A stretch of 63,172 bases of DNA, filler included, from Blastocystis sp. subtype 4 (lineage: Eukaryota), in assembly GCF_000743755.1 (NCBI RefSeq). It is 17 parts of 17 records of this genome, joined end to end, with 100 filler letters (N's around TTAATTAATTAA, not from the genome) between each part and the next. Parts side by side here need not be neighbours in the genome. Positions count along the whole stretch, not along the records: positions 27,292 to 30,846 come from NW_014568992.1; positions 30,947 to 34,516 come from NW_014568991.1; positions 34,617 to 38,131 come from NW_014568990.1; positions 38,232 to 41,723 come from NW_014568989.1; 13 more parts are not named here. The stretch is one strand, 5' to 3'. The notes beneath the pieces were generated by a model. The model was not told the origin of the DNA. It did no database searches and worked only from the letters and a program-made list of their open reading frames with translations. Below are positions 28,140-39,802 of the stretch, piece by piece. Each line of letters opens with the position of its first letter. The stretch's first letter is position 1. Position numbers and translations under genes: made by a program.

Positions 28140-30364
28140 ATGCCGTTGCTGTTGAATGTAGGAGCATGAGGAGCCGATTCCCTAATTGGTAGCCTCCTTT
28201 TCAAGACTCCATTGTGAAACAAATGTGTGAGTCTCATGGAGACCCGGAAGTGCTAGATGGTCTTTTGAACAGCACAAAGTGCAATATCAATGCCTATGAC
28301 TCTCAGGGATATGCCATGATTCACTGGGCGGCACGGTATGGCTATACTGCATGTATTGATATGCTTGTGAAGCATGGAGCTGATATTGGTATTCATACTT
28401 TGGTAGCCTTCGTCTTCTATTGTAATACCTAGGGAAACAAGACAGTAGCGGATGTAGCAGATTATTTCGGGTTTTACGAGACGAGGGATTGGATTGAAAT
28501 GACGTGCAGTCTTTATAATGTTGAAATCGCTTGATAGCCTTTAATTGTAGGAATATTTCGATGCTATTCAAAACGATGATGTTAAAAAAGTAGAAAAGCT
28601 GATGAGTAATATGGAATGCTTTCTCTTTCGGAATCGTCATGGCATGAATGGATTACATGTTGCCTGTATGGTAGATGCGATCGGTAGAGATGGAATACTT
28701 GTTTGATTATAGATGTTGTCAAGTTATTTGTGAAGCTGGGTGTTAATCTCAATGAACAGGATTGGTTTGGTCGTACTGCCTTGCACTGGGCGGGACTCTG
28801 TGAAAATGCTAGTCTTGTCGAATATCTGGTGGAGCGAGGTGGTGATCTGACTATTCGTACTCTAGTACATAAGATTCTCGTTCCTTAAGCATAGACACAA
28901 AAGACCCCAGTTCATTTCTGTTTTCCTCTAATGCCGTACATTAAACTTGAAGCAATCACAAAACTCTTTAGTGAGGCTTTCTTTGATGCTGTTCAGCGTT
29001 ATGATCGTGAGAGTATTCGAGCTTTCTTTACTCATGTTACCAATGTGGAGGCGGCACAATTACGGAATGAGCAAGGAAACACGGCTCTGCATATCGCTGT
29101 AAAGGCAGGTCGAGGCGATCTCGTGAAGGAACTATTGGAGCGTGGTTTCAACCCTGATCAGGAGAATTACAATGGTGTGACTCCTCGTCAGATGGGAGAG
29201 GGCGCAAGTGATCGTATCAAGGAACATTTGGGGTTACTTCATGCCACTGTTGAGTCTGAGAGTGAAGAGGTAAATGAGCCAGTCGATGAATCGAAGGAGT
29301 TACGTGCTTGTGAAGTCAATGTTGGACCTGTCGTGTCTATGACTTCAGGGAAGGAAACACCTACTCTTCCTCTACCTCCACTTCCTTCTGTATCTTCAGT
29401 GCCTACGCCTTCTGTCCCTTCCACTGTACCACCGCTCTCCTTACCAACTCCTCCATTGCCATCACCCTCCACTTCAGGAATTCCACTCTCCTCTTCATCC
29501 ATTCCACTGCCCCCTGCTCCTGGTCCTATCCCACTCCCTTCACGACATGATATTACAGCATCCGAACCAATACCACGACCTCTCTCCGTTCCTGTAGGTG
29601 GCGTCTCCCTTCCTGCTGTCATCAGCGGCTCAGCTCCTCGACCTCAGTCAGTCGAGATGACGGATCGAGTACCCCTGAATGAAACTTCAAGTAATCCTAT
29701 TCAGCCATGCGACCTCAAGAAATGCACGAATGTTCGAGACTTCCTCTCTGCTGTTGGCCTTCAAGAGTACATCGAGTCCTTCGACTCTGCCCATGTGGTA
29801 GATACAAAGGACATGTTCAAGTTCTCAGAAGAAGATTTCAAGAAGCTAGGAGTGAAATTCGGTCATCGGAAGCGTCTGATTGAGGTATTGGCGAGTATCG
29901 ACCCATTATATTCATTCTTGCAAGATGGGAAGTTGATGGACAAATACAATCGATTCAAGGAACTGGGTTTTGATAATATCTGGAGTTTAATGGGAATTCA
30001 AGAATCCTATCAGGAGAAACTGGGACTGACAAATGAGGAGATGGAAAGGGCGATTGCAAGTCGGGATTTGTTAATTGAATCTAGTAAGAGCACATTGGAG
30101 AAGCTTCCAGAACTACAAAGGATAACAGATAGTACGGAATCGAAACCTATCCTCATGTTGATCTTCAGTAGTGAACGAGCTGATAGTATCATATCGGTAT
30201 ACAGCTTTTTACTATAATTATTATAGAATGGAGGCTTCCCTACTGTCAGTTATTTGCAGTATTACAGTGAAGGAGCAGATGATGAAATTGGTCTCAATTT
30301 CGGAGAAGCTGTAGGCCTGGCGAATTTGGTTTCGGTAGACGACTTGAGGTGGTGTTTAGTGTAG
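28140..30364 (+). CDS. Ankyrin-repeat, Pro-rich and SAM-domain protein; 3' end uncertain
   Basis: GYAMIHWAA, GRTALHWA, GNTALHIA ankyrin motifs; poly-Pro linker; FLSAVGLQEY...KKLGVKFGHRKRL SAM motif. Confidence 0.85.
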
Positions 30365-30524
30365 TACATTAAGGCGCGGAAATCGTAGTGTATTCATGTC
30401 ATCTTTTTCATTTATGGTTTTGTGTACTATTTGTATTATTGCCTTTTGTTTGTTTTGTTACTGAAGGTACCGAAACGCCGGTTTCAACCATTCAAGGTAC
30501 TAATGCACAAACAAGAGTTCTACA

Positions 30525-30846
30525 ATGCTTTCCGCTCGTATCGTGAAGTCTTTCGTTCCCCTTGCCAAGTATTGGAAGGAGAAGACGTATTAACAACTAG
30601 AAACCAGATCCTCTTCGGTTGTGTTGCTCGTAACATTGAAACCACGGGAGCTGCTCTGGGTCTTGATAAGATGGGTCTGAATTGTCCTAAAGTTCACCGC
30701 AATTTGACCTATGGTGAGGAATAGAGTGGAGAGAGTGATACATAGAAGAGATTGCTCAACATGAGGAGAAGAATAAGGAGGGAGTGTTCACCAACACTGG
30801 AGCGTTCGAGGTAGATACAGGAATCTACACTGGTCGTTCTCCTCAG
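30525..30846 (+). CDS. PCK: ATP-dependent PEP carboxykinase, N-terminus with organellar presequence, 3'-partial
   Basis: Spliced MLSARIVKSFVPLAKNQILFGCVARN...VHRNLTYEEI...TGAFEVDTGIYTGRSP; intron 30569-30600. Confidence 0.85.
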
Positions 30847-31046
30847 NNNNNNNNNNNNNNNNNNNNNNNNNNNNNNNNNNNNNNNNNNNNTTAATTAATT
30901 AANNNNNNNNNNNNNNNNNNNNNNNNNNNNNNNNNNNNNNNNNNNNATTTCTTTTATACATTCCTTCTTTCTTCATTTTCATTATGGGTATTCATTTTCT
31001 TTCATTCTTTCATTTTGATATTCATTTATTTTCTATCAAACATATT

Positions 31047-31927
31047 TCAACTTTCCATAATTGTAACTCCACTACTTGTTCCTAATCGATCCGTCGAAAT
31101 GAAGGATCCAATTCTCAATTAATGATAGGATATGCTCCAGCTTCTATCATAGCTACAGCGTCAGAAAACGAACGAATACCTCCAGCTGCCTTTACTTTCC
31201 CTCCAAATCGTTCTGCTACAAGAGACATTGCCTTTACAGCTTCCACCTTAGCACTACCTACAATAAATATACCTGCTCTACACTACTTGGACCAAATCCT
31301 GTGGAGGTTTTCACATACTCAGCTCCACCTTCAAATGTGAGTTCACTTGCTTTCGTAATCTCATCTTCTGTCAGATAACAACAACATGTTAAGAATTCAC
31401 GGAAAAGAAACGAAAGGATATATCTCAATTATGACCTTAAGAATCTTTCCGGAGTCTTTGCAAATAGAATGAATCTTATATATTTCGTCTCTTACGTAGT
31501 CATATTGTCCTGCTTTCAGCTTGCCTATTGCAATTACCATATCGATTTCCTCCGCTCCATTTGTAATGGCATCCTTCGTTTCAAGTATTTTGCATTCTAA
31601 AAATCAGTAGACAGAATAATCTGGATACCTGTAGTGTTACTACCAAGAGGGAATCCAATAACGGTACATACCTTTACGGAGGACTGTAGATTGCGAAGTG
31701 TCTTGGATGCAAATGAAACATAGCTATGCAGTCACCTTCATTCTCAATATGTACACTGGATTAACACAAACGGAGGCAAATCCATATTTATGAGCTTCTA
31801 TACACAGCTTTTCAATGTCTGATTCGGTTGCATAAGCCTATGACATGAACCACCAATCTAGTTAATCAACCTTTAGCATAGTATGATCTATCATTGGAGC
31901 AATTTGATCTTTCGTAATTTCACTCAT
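31047..31927 (-). CDS. deoC: Deoxyribose-phosphate aldolase, short bacterial type; 6 introns, two of them U12-like
   Basis: [63 protein letters not shown]. Confidence 0.93.
31093..31133 (-). other. U12-type AT-AC intron (41 nt) in deoC
   Basis: ATATCCTA...TCCTTCAT-TTCGAC; removal restores GADRLGTSS. Confidence 0.9.
31382..31421 (-). other. U12-type intron (40 nt) in deoC with apparent AT-TG ends
   Basis: ATATCCTTT 5' site and TTCTTAAC branch site; removal restores LKVIIEICYLTEDE. Confidence 0.7.
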
Positions 31928-31959
31928 CTTAGCAAGAAACAATAACACAATTGTAATCA

Positions 31960-33619
31960 CTACATCTTCATAGGCTTGAGTGTGTCTGTAGTATCTACTG
32001 TTTCTACTGTAACATGCTCATTAGGATTTGAAGGTTGCAATTCGCCATCTTGCATTGACATGACTTCTTCAGTATGCTCTTCTGTTGCTACTTGGACATG
32101 ATAAGCATATGCTAGTGAACGTTCATTCGGAGCCCATAAGTACTATGCGTAAATCATCTATGTCATAGTTACCATAATAGAACCAATGATAACAAAATAG
32201 AACACAGACCAAACTCCATCATTGAAGAACCATTGCCAACGCCAATATTTCTCAAGAGCTTGATGAACAATAAGATATGAAAAGGCAATATTGTAAAGAG
32301 TTGAAACAATCACGACGATGATGATCATGTTCCGAAGACTCAAGAAGACAGCTAATTTGGATGTCTGATTCTTATCCTCAAGGTCCTGAATTGTATCTAA
32401 TAGAGATTGAAGAATCCAAAAATAGATCACAGAATCTACTAGCGAGGCAGGAATGACTCTCCACATATTCACATCTGAAGAGGAAGAAAACGTATTTGAA
32501 ATCGAATCCCATAGAGAGAAACCAAAATAGATTAAACCCATAGACAGGATCTTCCAAGTAGATCCATCAATTGAAGCTCTTGAAACTCCTAATCTAAATA
32601 TGAACCCCCTGGATTTGATATACCCCATTGCAATCATTAATGTAAGACATCGTGCAATAGCTCGTGTAGCAGCACTAATAAAGAGAGAAACAATTGTAAC
32701 AGATGTGACATAAAAACCCTTGATATTGTATGAAGTAATATTTAGATACTTCACAAATGTATCAATCAAAAATACAACAAGAACAATAGAAATTACAAAA
32801 TGAACACTCATCAACTCTTTCGAATATCGATAGCATCGAATCATCCATATTACTGCAAGAATGGAATAAGCAGCTAATAAAATACGTACAAAAGGAAGAA
32901 TTCCATATAAACGAGCAGGAATGTGTCCGTAAGGATTCATCACTATTGTCTCTCCAGTAATATTAAAATTGGCTGTAGCTGGATCACACATTGCCAGAAT
33001 CATATAATAACGACCTTCAACAGGGATATCATAATGAAGAGTGATCTGATCATTCTCTCCACTATGTATGATTTGATCTTACAAAAATATACGTTACCAC
33101 CTTTTCCACTTTCACATAGGACTGTTCCATATTCTTGGGAATAATGAGATGATTCAGATTCTCACAGTATTTATTCTAAAACAAAGGGAACTAAGAAGAC
33201 GTACAAGCCCATTCTCATCACAACAAGCAATCTTCTTTTGATCATCAAGATAACCGATTTTCTCAAAGAAATCATTGGTTGCAAAAAAGGCCTAACTTAT
33301 TAAAGGAAGGGTAGTACATACTTCGACAATACCACGACTATACACATCAGGAACAGTCTTTGTTATATTGAAGCTCATTTCCAGATAAGACTGACCGTTT
33401 CCAATGGAACTACATTTTAAAACTACACAATATGGAGACTTCGATACAGGAGCCGAGAGCTTATCAAACATATAATACTTCTGGTAAATAAGAGAAGCAG
33501 AATTTATCTGAATGGGATCATACTTCGTAATCAAGGATGTAGCCAAAAATGGAAGAAGGCATAGAATCTATTTCATAACTCTTCTATTTTGAACATACAT
33601 AAAGTGAAGAAGCTATCAT
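31960..33619 (-). CDS. TMEM87/GPR107-like (lung seven-TM receptor family) protein
   Basis: Signal peptide, NPYGHIPA, seven hydrophobic segments, LMIAMGLGV, YLWAPNERSLAYAY. Confidence 0.85.
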
Positions 33620-33738
33620 TGATCCGAAAGCCACTCTATTTGACAAACCAAGACAGTATGAACAGTTATCCAACAATTATGATTATCAATCCTAGTCTTC
33701 ACTATGTAGTGAAAGCGATTATCTAAAACAAACAAGCA

Positions 33739-34516
33739 TTACAAACGACACTTGAAACGACCAGGGTTTTCTCGGCACATACGCATCCACAATATATCCA
33801 TGGCTCGTGTACCCTTCCGTTGGCTACTCCAACTATTACTGGCAGAAGATCTATTCATCAAACAACCAAGCATCAATCACTTAGGATGTGGAATATCATA
33901 TCCAAAAGCTTCTGGTAATAAATAGAATTGATACTCTATTCTAAACCCTCAACAGTATCCCCACTTTCCACAATCAATCGATGGAAGAATTCAATCTTAT
34001 TGAACCCATAATCCACATAGTAAGGATGATAAAATGTATTCAATGCAGAACGACGACACCATATCTATGAATCATAGTATTTAAGCTCTCTTACGGTTCC
34101 ATCTCGCCTGTTACGTATACAGGTGTCGCACTCACACCATACCTCCTTATCCATCTATTACCATTCTGATATCTCTATCAATCATTCTCTAAATACTCTC
34201 TTACATGAAAACGACCTTTGAATGCAATTACTCGTCTTTTCCTAAACACTCGTTCCAGATCCTTTCGCACCAGAGGTACCATGTTCCATCTAGAATCATA
34301 TGTAACTAGCAATAATACTCAGCTTTGCAAGAATAGAATCTACATCTGTAGCGTTTGGCTACTGTAGGACTAAAGAGAGGTAGAATCAGAAAAGTATCAA
34401 AACGAGTGAGAATAGATTTTTGTCTTTCAATATCTTTCATGGTATCAGCTGCATATGATCGGTCATACTTCATCCCTACCTGATACAAACACATCTCCAT
34501 CAATCATTAAGAAATG
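33739..34516 (-). CDS. LARGE/GT49-like glycosyltransferase, 5'-partial, apparent frameshift near 34055
   Basis: MEPYG, FYHPYYVDYGFNKIEF, AFGYDIPHP motifs; TAA followed by 4 nt then TGTTTGTT. Confidence 0.55.
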
Positions 34517-34786
34517 NNNNNNNNNNNNNNNNNNNNNNNNNNNNNNNNNNNNNNNNNNNNTTAATTAATTAANNNNNNNNNNNNNNNNNNNNNNNNNNNN
34601 NNNNNNNNNNNNNNNNTCATCTTAAACACACTTACCTCCAGTCATGGGCAGAGAGGATGGTTATTGGAGATGATTTGGTTTCTTGAACTTACACGATGAC
34701 CGCGGTTCTGTCTCATTCTTGAGGGATGATTCTTCACTTGTTGTTTCTCTCACATTTCTAAATCAATCAAGAAGAATTCATTCCAA

Positions 34787-36501
34787 ATGGACGTAGAAAG
34801 GACTGTAAGTGAATGGAGAGTTATCAATAGTAGTATGTGTTGAAGTGGGGAAAGAATGTGTATGATATCGATATTGTTCGAGAGAATGGTCTTGAATTCA
34901 AGAAACGTGTAGAGAAGTTAACTCGTAAGAGTGTATTTAAGTATTGAGAACTAGATCTACCAGTAGCCAAACAGAATATCATTTGTAATGCTCTATGGAA
35001 GGGATTTTTACAGGATTCATATGTATTTGATCCTGTGAAGTGTCCTGACTTTTGTTCTGTCATTGTGTTCGGTTCTATTAATGAGGCAATTGCCAATGTA
35101 ACAGGTATGGATAAAAGATACTGTTGAAAAGTAGGTCATCAGTTTGTTGAGTCTCTCAATGCTTCTACTGCAATTGAGAGTGGTATTCTTCCACCTGCAG
35201 GCTTGATGAATCTTGGAAATACATGTTATGCAAACTCTGTCATTCAAGTGCTTCATAAGATCCCTGAGTTGGAGGAAGGTGTAAAAAGTGTAGCTGATGT
35301 GGATTCGGGTCGTGGTACTCCTGGCGCTTTAGCAAGCGAATTGAAGAAAACCTTCGATCAAATGGATCATTCGCTGTCTGCAGTGAAACCAATTAGTCTA
35401 GTGAATGTACTATTGCTAGAGTGTGATAAAGAGTAGGAGATTCGTCGTAATGAGACATTTGGTGAAAGAGAACGAGGATTATATCAACAGCAGGTAGCTA
35501 TGAAGGAGAGAGATGAGAGATAGGATGCTGAAGAGTTTTACTCATATCTATTGAATGCTCTATCAATTGTTCTTCCAACGAAACATAATGGAAACCAATC
35601 GAATTTAATGAAGGATTTGTTTGAGATTGGCTATCACTGTACTTATCATTGTGACGAATCAGGAGAAACTTATACGACTGATGAGACTGCGAACAAGTTG
35701 TATTGTACCATCCGAGGAGGAGCCAATGATGACGAGAAAGTGAACTTTATGTATCAAGTAGTGACGAAGTGAATGGATGAGAGATAGGGAGTGAAGTTAG
35801 GTCTGGTAGGAGAGGTAGAGAAGCATTCAGATCTGTTGGGTCGTACTGCGAAATGGGAGAAGCGAATGGAGATCAGTAGTCTTCCAAAGTATTTGTGTGT
35901 GGAAGTGAGAATAAGTGGAGTGATTAAGGGATAGTTCATGCGATTCTATTGGAAGGAACTGCCAGATTCAGAAGAAGGAGGAATTGCCTGTAAGATCATG
36001 CGAGCTGTTGAATTCCCATTCCGATATGACATTCGTGATAGTTGTACAAATGAACTCCAGACTGCCATGAATGTGAGACTAGCAGAAGGAGATGAGTTGT
36101 AGAAAGTGCGAAATGTGTTGGAGAGTGAGGAATATGAGTCTTGTGTGAGTGAATACCGTGATAACCAGGATATTCGAGATGGTATTCTTCAATCCCTTCT
36201 AGAGGATATGAATCCAGTCAAAGGATCGTCTACAATGCCTGTGGGTTTTGCTGGATACTATGAATTGATTGGAGTAGTTTCTCATATGGTAGATATGAGA
36301 AGAGAGAATGAGTTGTAGGGAAGTTCAGTGAAAGGAGGACATTACGTGGGATGGATTAAACAGAAGGGAAAGTGGTACAAGTGTGATGATGACAAGGTTA
36401 GTAGTGTGACTAAACAGCGTATTCGTGAGTTGAAGGGAGGTAGTGAAGCTCACAGTGCTTATCTTTGTCTTTACAAGTATATTGATAGTAATGCGAAGTG
36501 A
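34787..36501 (+). CDS. UBP6: Ubiquitin-specific protease Ubp6/USP14, multi-exon
   Basis: N-terminal UBL (LKWGK), PAGLMNLGNTCYANS, QQDAEE, LPKYLCVEFMRFYWK, GHYVGW, ELKGGSEAHSAY. Confidence 0.9.
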
Positions 36502-36549
36502 TTTGTTTGTTGACACAAATAGTCCATATTTTGACAAGAATTCAAAAAG

Positions 36550-37396
36550 ATGCAAAGGAAAGAAGGAACTCATGTACAACCAATATTATTTGATTGAGCA
36601 TAAGATTGTTGTTCCATTTGTACATGGTTCGATTTCTTGGTGGTTAGGAAATGGCCAACAACAGAGTAATATGTATGACTGGAAGGGTGAATATTGGAGA
36701 ATTGAAATAATGTATAGCTTATATTCGAGGAGTGAATGGAGAGGATTTGTCAACGTTCATTAAGGCAGTGACATTCACTCTTCATGCTAGCTTCAGACAG
36801 AATCAACGAGGTAGGAATTTGTGGTTTGTGTGAAATAGTGATTGACCATTTCCCTTTTGAAGTGCGTGAACAGGGTTGGGGTGAGTTCGAAATTGAAGTG
36901 AAAGTGGAATTCAAGAACGATGCAGAGTTACCTGTGATCTTCACTCACTTTTTGAAGTTACATCCTTTCAATGGTGAGCCCAGCAAAGAGAATGTTGTAG
37001 TAGATGATGATGTGATTCACAGATAGCCTGTTGTAAACGAGTTCTATGATGAATTCGTGTTCAATGAACCAACAGAATACATGTACCAACTATATCCTAT
37101 GCCGATCATTCTATTGTGCTCTTGACAATACATTGATGACTCCAATGAATAAACCTGAACTACCTCCTGAAGCAGTACACTGGACTGTATTCAACGAGAG
37201 TGAAGCCTTAGCTGTAATAATGCGTGCACAAAACTATATAAACGATGAATTGCTTCGTAAGTGAAAGGGCTGGGAATGAAGTGAAGGGACGAGTGATTTG
37301 CTTGTTACTCAAGAACTACGTTCAGTGAATCTTACTCTCCAGCAGCAGCAGCAACAACAACAACAGAAGAAGAATCAGAATATTGTGAGTGTGTAA
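36550..37396 (+). CDS. YAF9: YEATS-domain protein (Yaf9/GAS41-like) with poly-Q tail
   Basis: VTFTLHAS, PFEVREQGWGEFEI, HFLKLHP, VVNEFYDEFVFNEPTEYMYQLL. Confidence 0.88.
37092..37131 (+). other. U12-type AT-AC intron (40 nt) in the YEATS gene
   Basis: ATATCCTA...CTCTTGAC-AATAC; removal joins MYQL|LMTP in frame. Confidence 0.85.
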
Positions 37397-37444
37397 TTGT
37401 ATCCTTCATTGTTTAACAAAGACACCAAAAGTACAAAGGAAACC

Positions 37445-38128
37445 TCACTTAGGGAATGCTCCCATGTTACTGATGATGATACCGACAATGATACCATAGA
37501 TTCCAAGAGCAGAAGCGAAAATCTGGGCAATCAGCATCTTGGAGAACAGTGATCCATTCTGAGCATCACTCAAAGCGCAACTCGATCCACAAATACCAAC
37601 AGAAAGACTACATATCAATTCCACTCTTCACGCTCAAACCCGCTAGTCACATTCGACAAACCCACACTCAGTCCAGCACTGAATACAGCATAGGCAGCGA
37701 AATACAAAGTGTTGAAATCGAAGTTTGGATCCCAATTATGGTTGATATCATAACCGTTAGCTGACATTTTATTAATCAGAATCACTGCAATGATAATGCC
37801 GTAAATGGCATTGGCTTCACAGAAAATGATACTACATTTCACAACAGATAATACAACACAAACCTAATCAGGTTCTTTGATCGAATTCTTGGTGCTTTCA
37901 CACATCCACCCATCAAAGTGGAAGCAGCAGTCCAGATACCCCTAGAATGAACACTTTTGGTGAAAACCTACCAAGCAGCTCCCACAACAGATAAAGCAAG
38001 ACCACAAGCAATTCCTATAAACCCAAGGGCATATGGAGAGATGTGACTGAAGACCTGAGTCCAATCTACGAATAAGAGATGAAATACCGATCGAAACCTT
38101 CATTGTAAAGTACAGCAGTATTATTCAT
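37445..38128 (-). CDS. VMA16: V-ATPase proteolipid subunit c'' (Vma16/ATP6V0B)
   Basis: [49 protein letters not shown]. Confidence 0.92.
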
Positions 38129-38231
38129 TGCNNNNNNNNNNNNNNNNNNNNNNNNNNNNNNNNNNNNNNNNNNNNTTAATTAATTAANNNNNNNNNNNNN
38201 NNNNNNNNNNNNNNNNNNNNNNNNNNNNNNN

Positions 38232-38308
38232 CTAACAAGCGCATTGGTGGATCCATGAGAGCCAGCTGGATGCGTCGTAACACTCTTTCTCTTCGTAGAT
38301 ACCGATAA
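38232..38308 (+). CDS. RPL15: 60S ribosomal protein L15 (eL15), C-terminal fragment
   Basis: NKRIGGSMRASWMRRNTLSLRRYR*; TGTTTGTT shortly downstream. Confidence 0.85.
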
Positions 38309-38401
38309 GTCGATCGAGAGTTTGTTTGTTAACAAATGCAAGTGTGAAAAGAGATTGAAATGTGGAAAGTGAGAAAAAGGATAGAATAAAGAATAGAAAA
38401 A

Positions 38402-38483
38402 CGACAACTGCAGGATTCGAACCTGCGCGGGCAAAGCCCAACAGATTTCTAGTCTGTCTCCTTAACCACTCGGACAAGTTGTC
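38402..38483 (-). tRNA. tRNA-Ser(AGA)
   Basis: GACAACTTGTCCGAGTGGTTAAGGAGACAGACTAGAAATCTGTTGGGCTTTGCCCGCGCAGGTTCGAATCCTGCAGTTGTCG folds as a cloverleaf with long variable arm and anticodon AGA. Confidence 0.97.
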
Positions 38484-38667
38484 TTGAAGTATTTCTCTTA
38501 TCTTCACTATAGAAAGGTTCTATACCACACAGAATGAAACTCCTATATTCAAATGAAGTATAATATTGAATGAAGATTCTGCAGTGATTCCCTATTCGAC
38601 CTTTAATTGATTCGTGTAGGAGAAAAGGTCAAGAAGTGGTTGGTGGAGAGTAGATGTGATAGAGTAG

Positions 38668-39097
38668 ATGGAGTGCTACAATTGCGGAGAGACTGGTCAC
38701 AAAGCTCGTGATTGTCCTAACAGTAAGGTGAAATGGTTGAAATTGACTATTAGAGTCTGCTGAGAGAGAGGAGAGACAGCCTAGATGTTACAATTGTGGA
38801 GGCTTGGGTCACCGTGCTCGTGATTGTCCCAGTTCTAGAAGCGAGAGACGTCCTCGCAATGCTGATCATATTGTTTGCCGTAACTGTGGACAGATGGGTC
38901 ACTTTGCTCGTGATTGCCAGAATGAGGCTGTTTGCCATAACTGCCGTCAGCCTGGACATATTGCTAGCGAGTGCCCTAATGCTGCCGTCTGCCGTAACTG
39001 TGGTCAGTCTGGTCATATTGCTCGTGACTGCACTGAAGCTCCTGTTTGCCGTAAGTGTGGACAGTCCGGACATATTGCCCGTGAGTGCCAGAACTAA
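38668..39097 (+). CDS. CNBP/Gis2-like CCHC zinc-knuckle protein (6 knuckles)
   Basis: Six CxxCxxxGHxAxxC motifs, one coding intron; start may lie further upstream. Confidence 0.9.
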
Positions 39098-39154
39098 ATG
39101 TCGTTGGATTTGATATGATGGTTGGGTCTTGAGACTTGTAACATAACATATCAT

Positions 39155-39539
39155 GTAGTTGTTTGTTCCAAACAGGTGAAAAGGACAGACGTGTCGAGGT
39201 CTTTTCTCTCTTCTCCTTACATGACTGTTGGGCCGAGCCCCATGATTTGCCTACAATGATATCAGTACAAGAATTAATACCTTTTTTGGCATTCTACGAG
39301 GCCTACCAACAAAAATTAACCCATCATTCAGAATAGAGTCAACTAGAACACGAGAGTATAACGATAAGCAAGGAAGGATCGATACAGATCCAAAAAATGG
39401 CTGAGAGAATAATGCTATAAGTGAAATCATAATAGAATGAGTCACATCGGACGGATGGGAGGACAATCGAATTGCTCATGTTAAATGCACGAATCGATGG
39501 AAAAAAAGACTTGGAACAACCGAATAGTAACCGCTGCAT
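39155..39539 (-). CDS. Small organelle-targeted basic protein with bL37-like motif; 3' end unresolved
   Basis: Spliced MQRLLFGCSKSFFPSIRAFN...GRPRRMPKK|ANHGARPNSHVRRREKRPR; 30-nt intron 39251-39280. Confidence 0.65.
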
Positions 39540-39802
39540 TCTATCCAATGTATTTGACTCGTTAATGATCCTTTTCCAAGATTTGGAAATGTTCTCTTTT
39601 GGCGAATTTCAACTTTTCCAAAACTATTATGTATTTCTGTTATGGTATCTAATTCATAAGTGACCCTATTATGATAATATACAGGAATTAATACTGGGAT
39701 TAATGGTATATTATATTTGCAATTGTACCAATTAATTCACTTACTATTGTGGTGATAATTTATACTACGTTTGTTGTTTAATTGCACTTTAGTTTGTTAA
39801 AT

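Noticed and set aside
38668..39097. CCHC knuckles as a retrotransposon gag
   Set aside because: Tandem-knuckle CNBP-type gene with an intron; no protease, RT, integrase or LTRs
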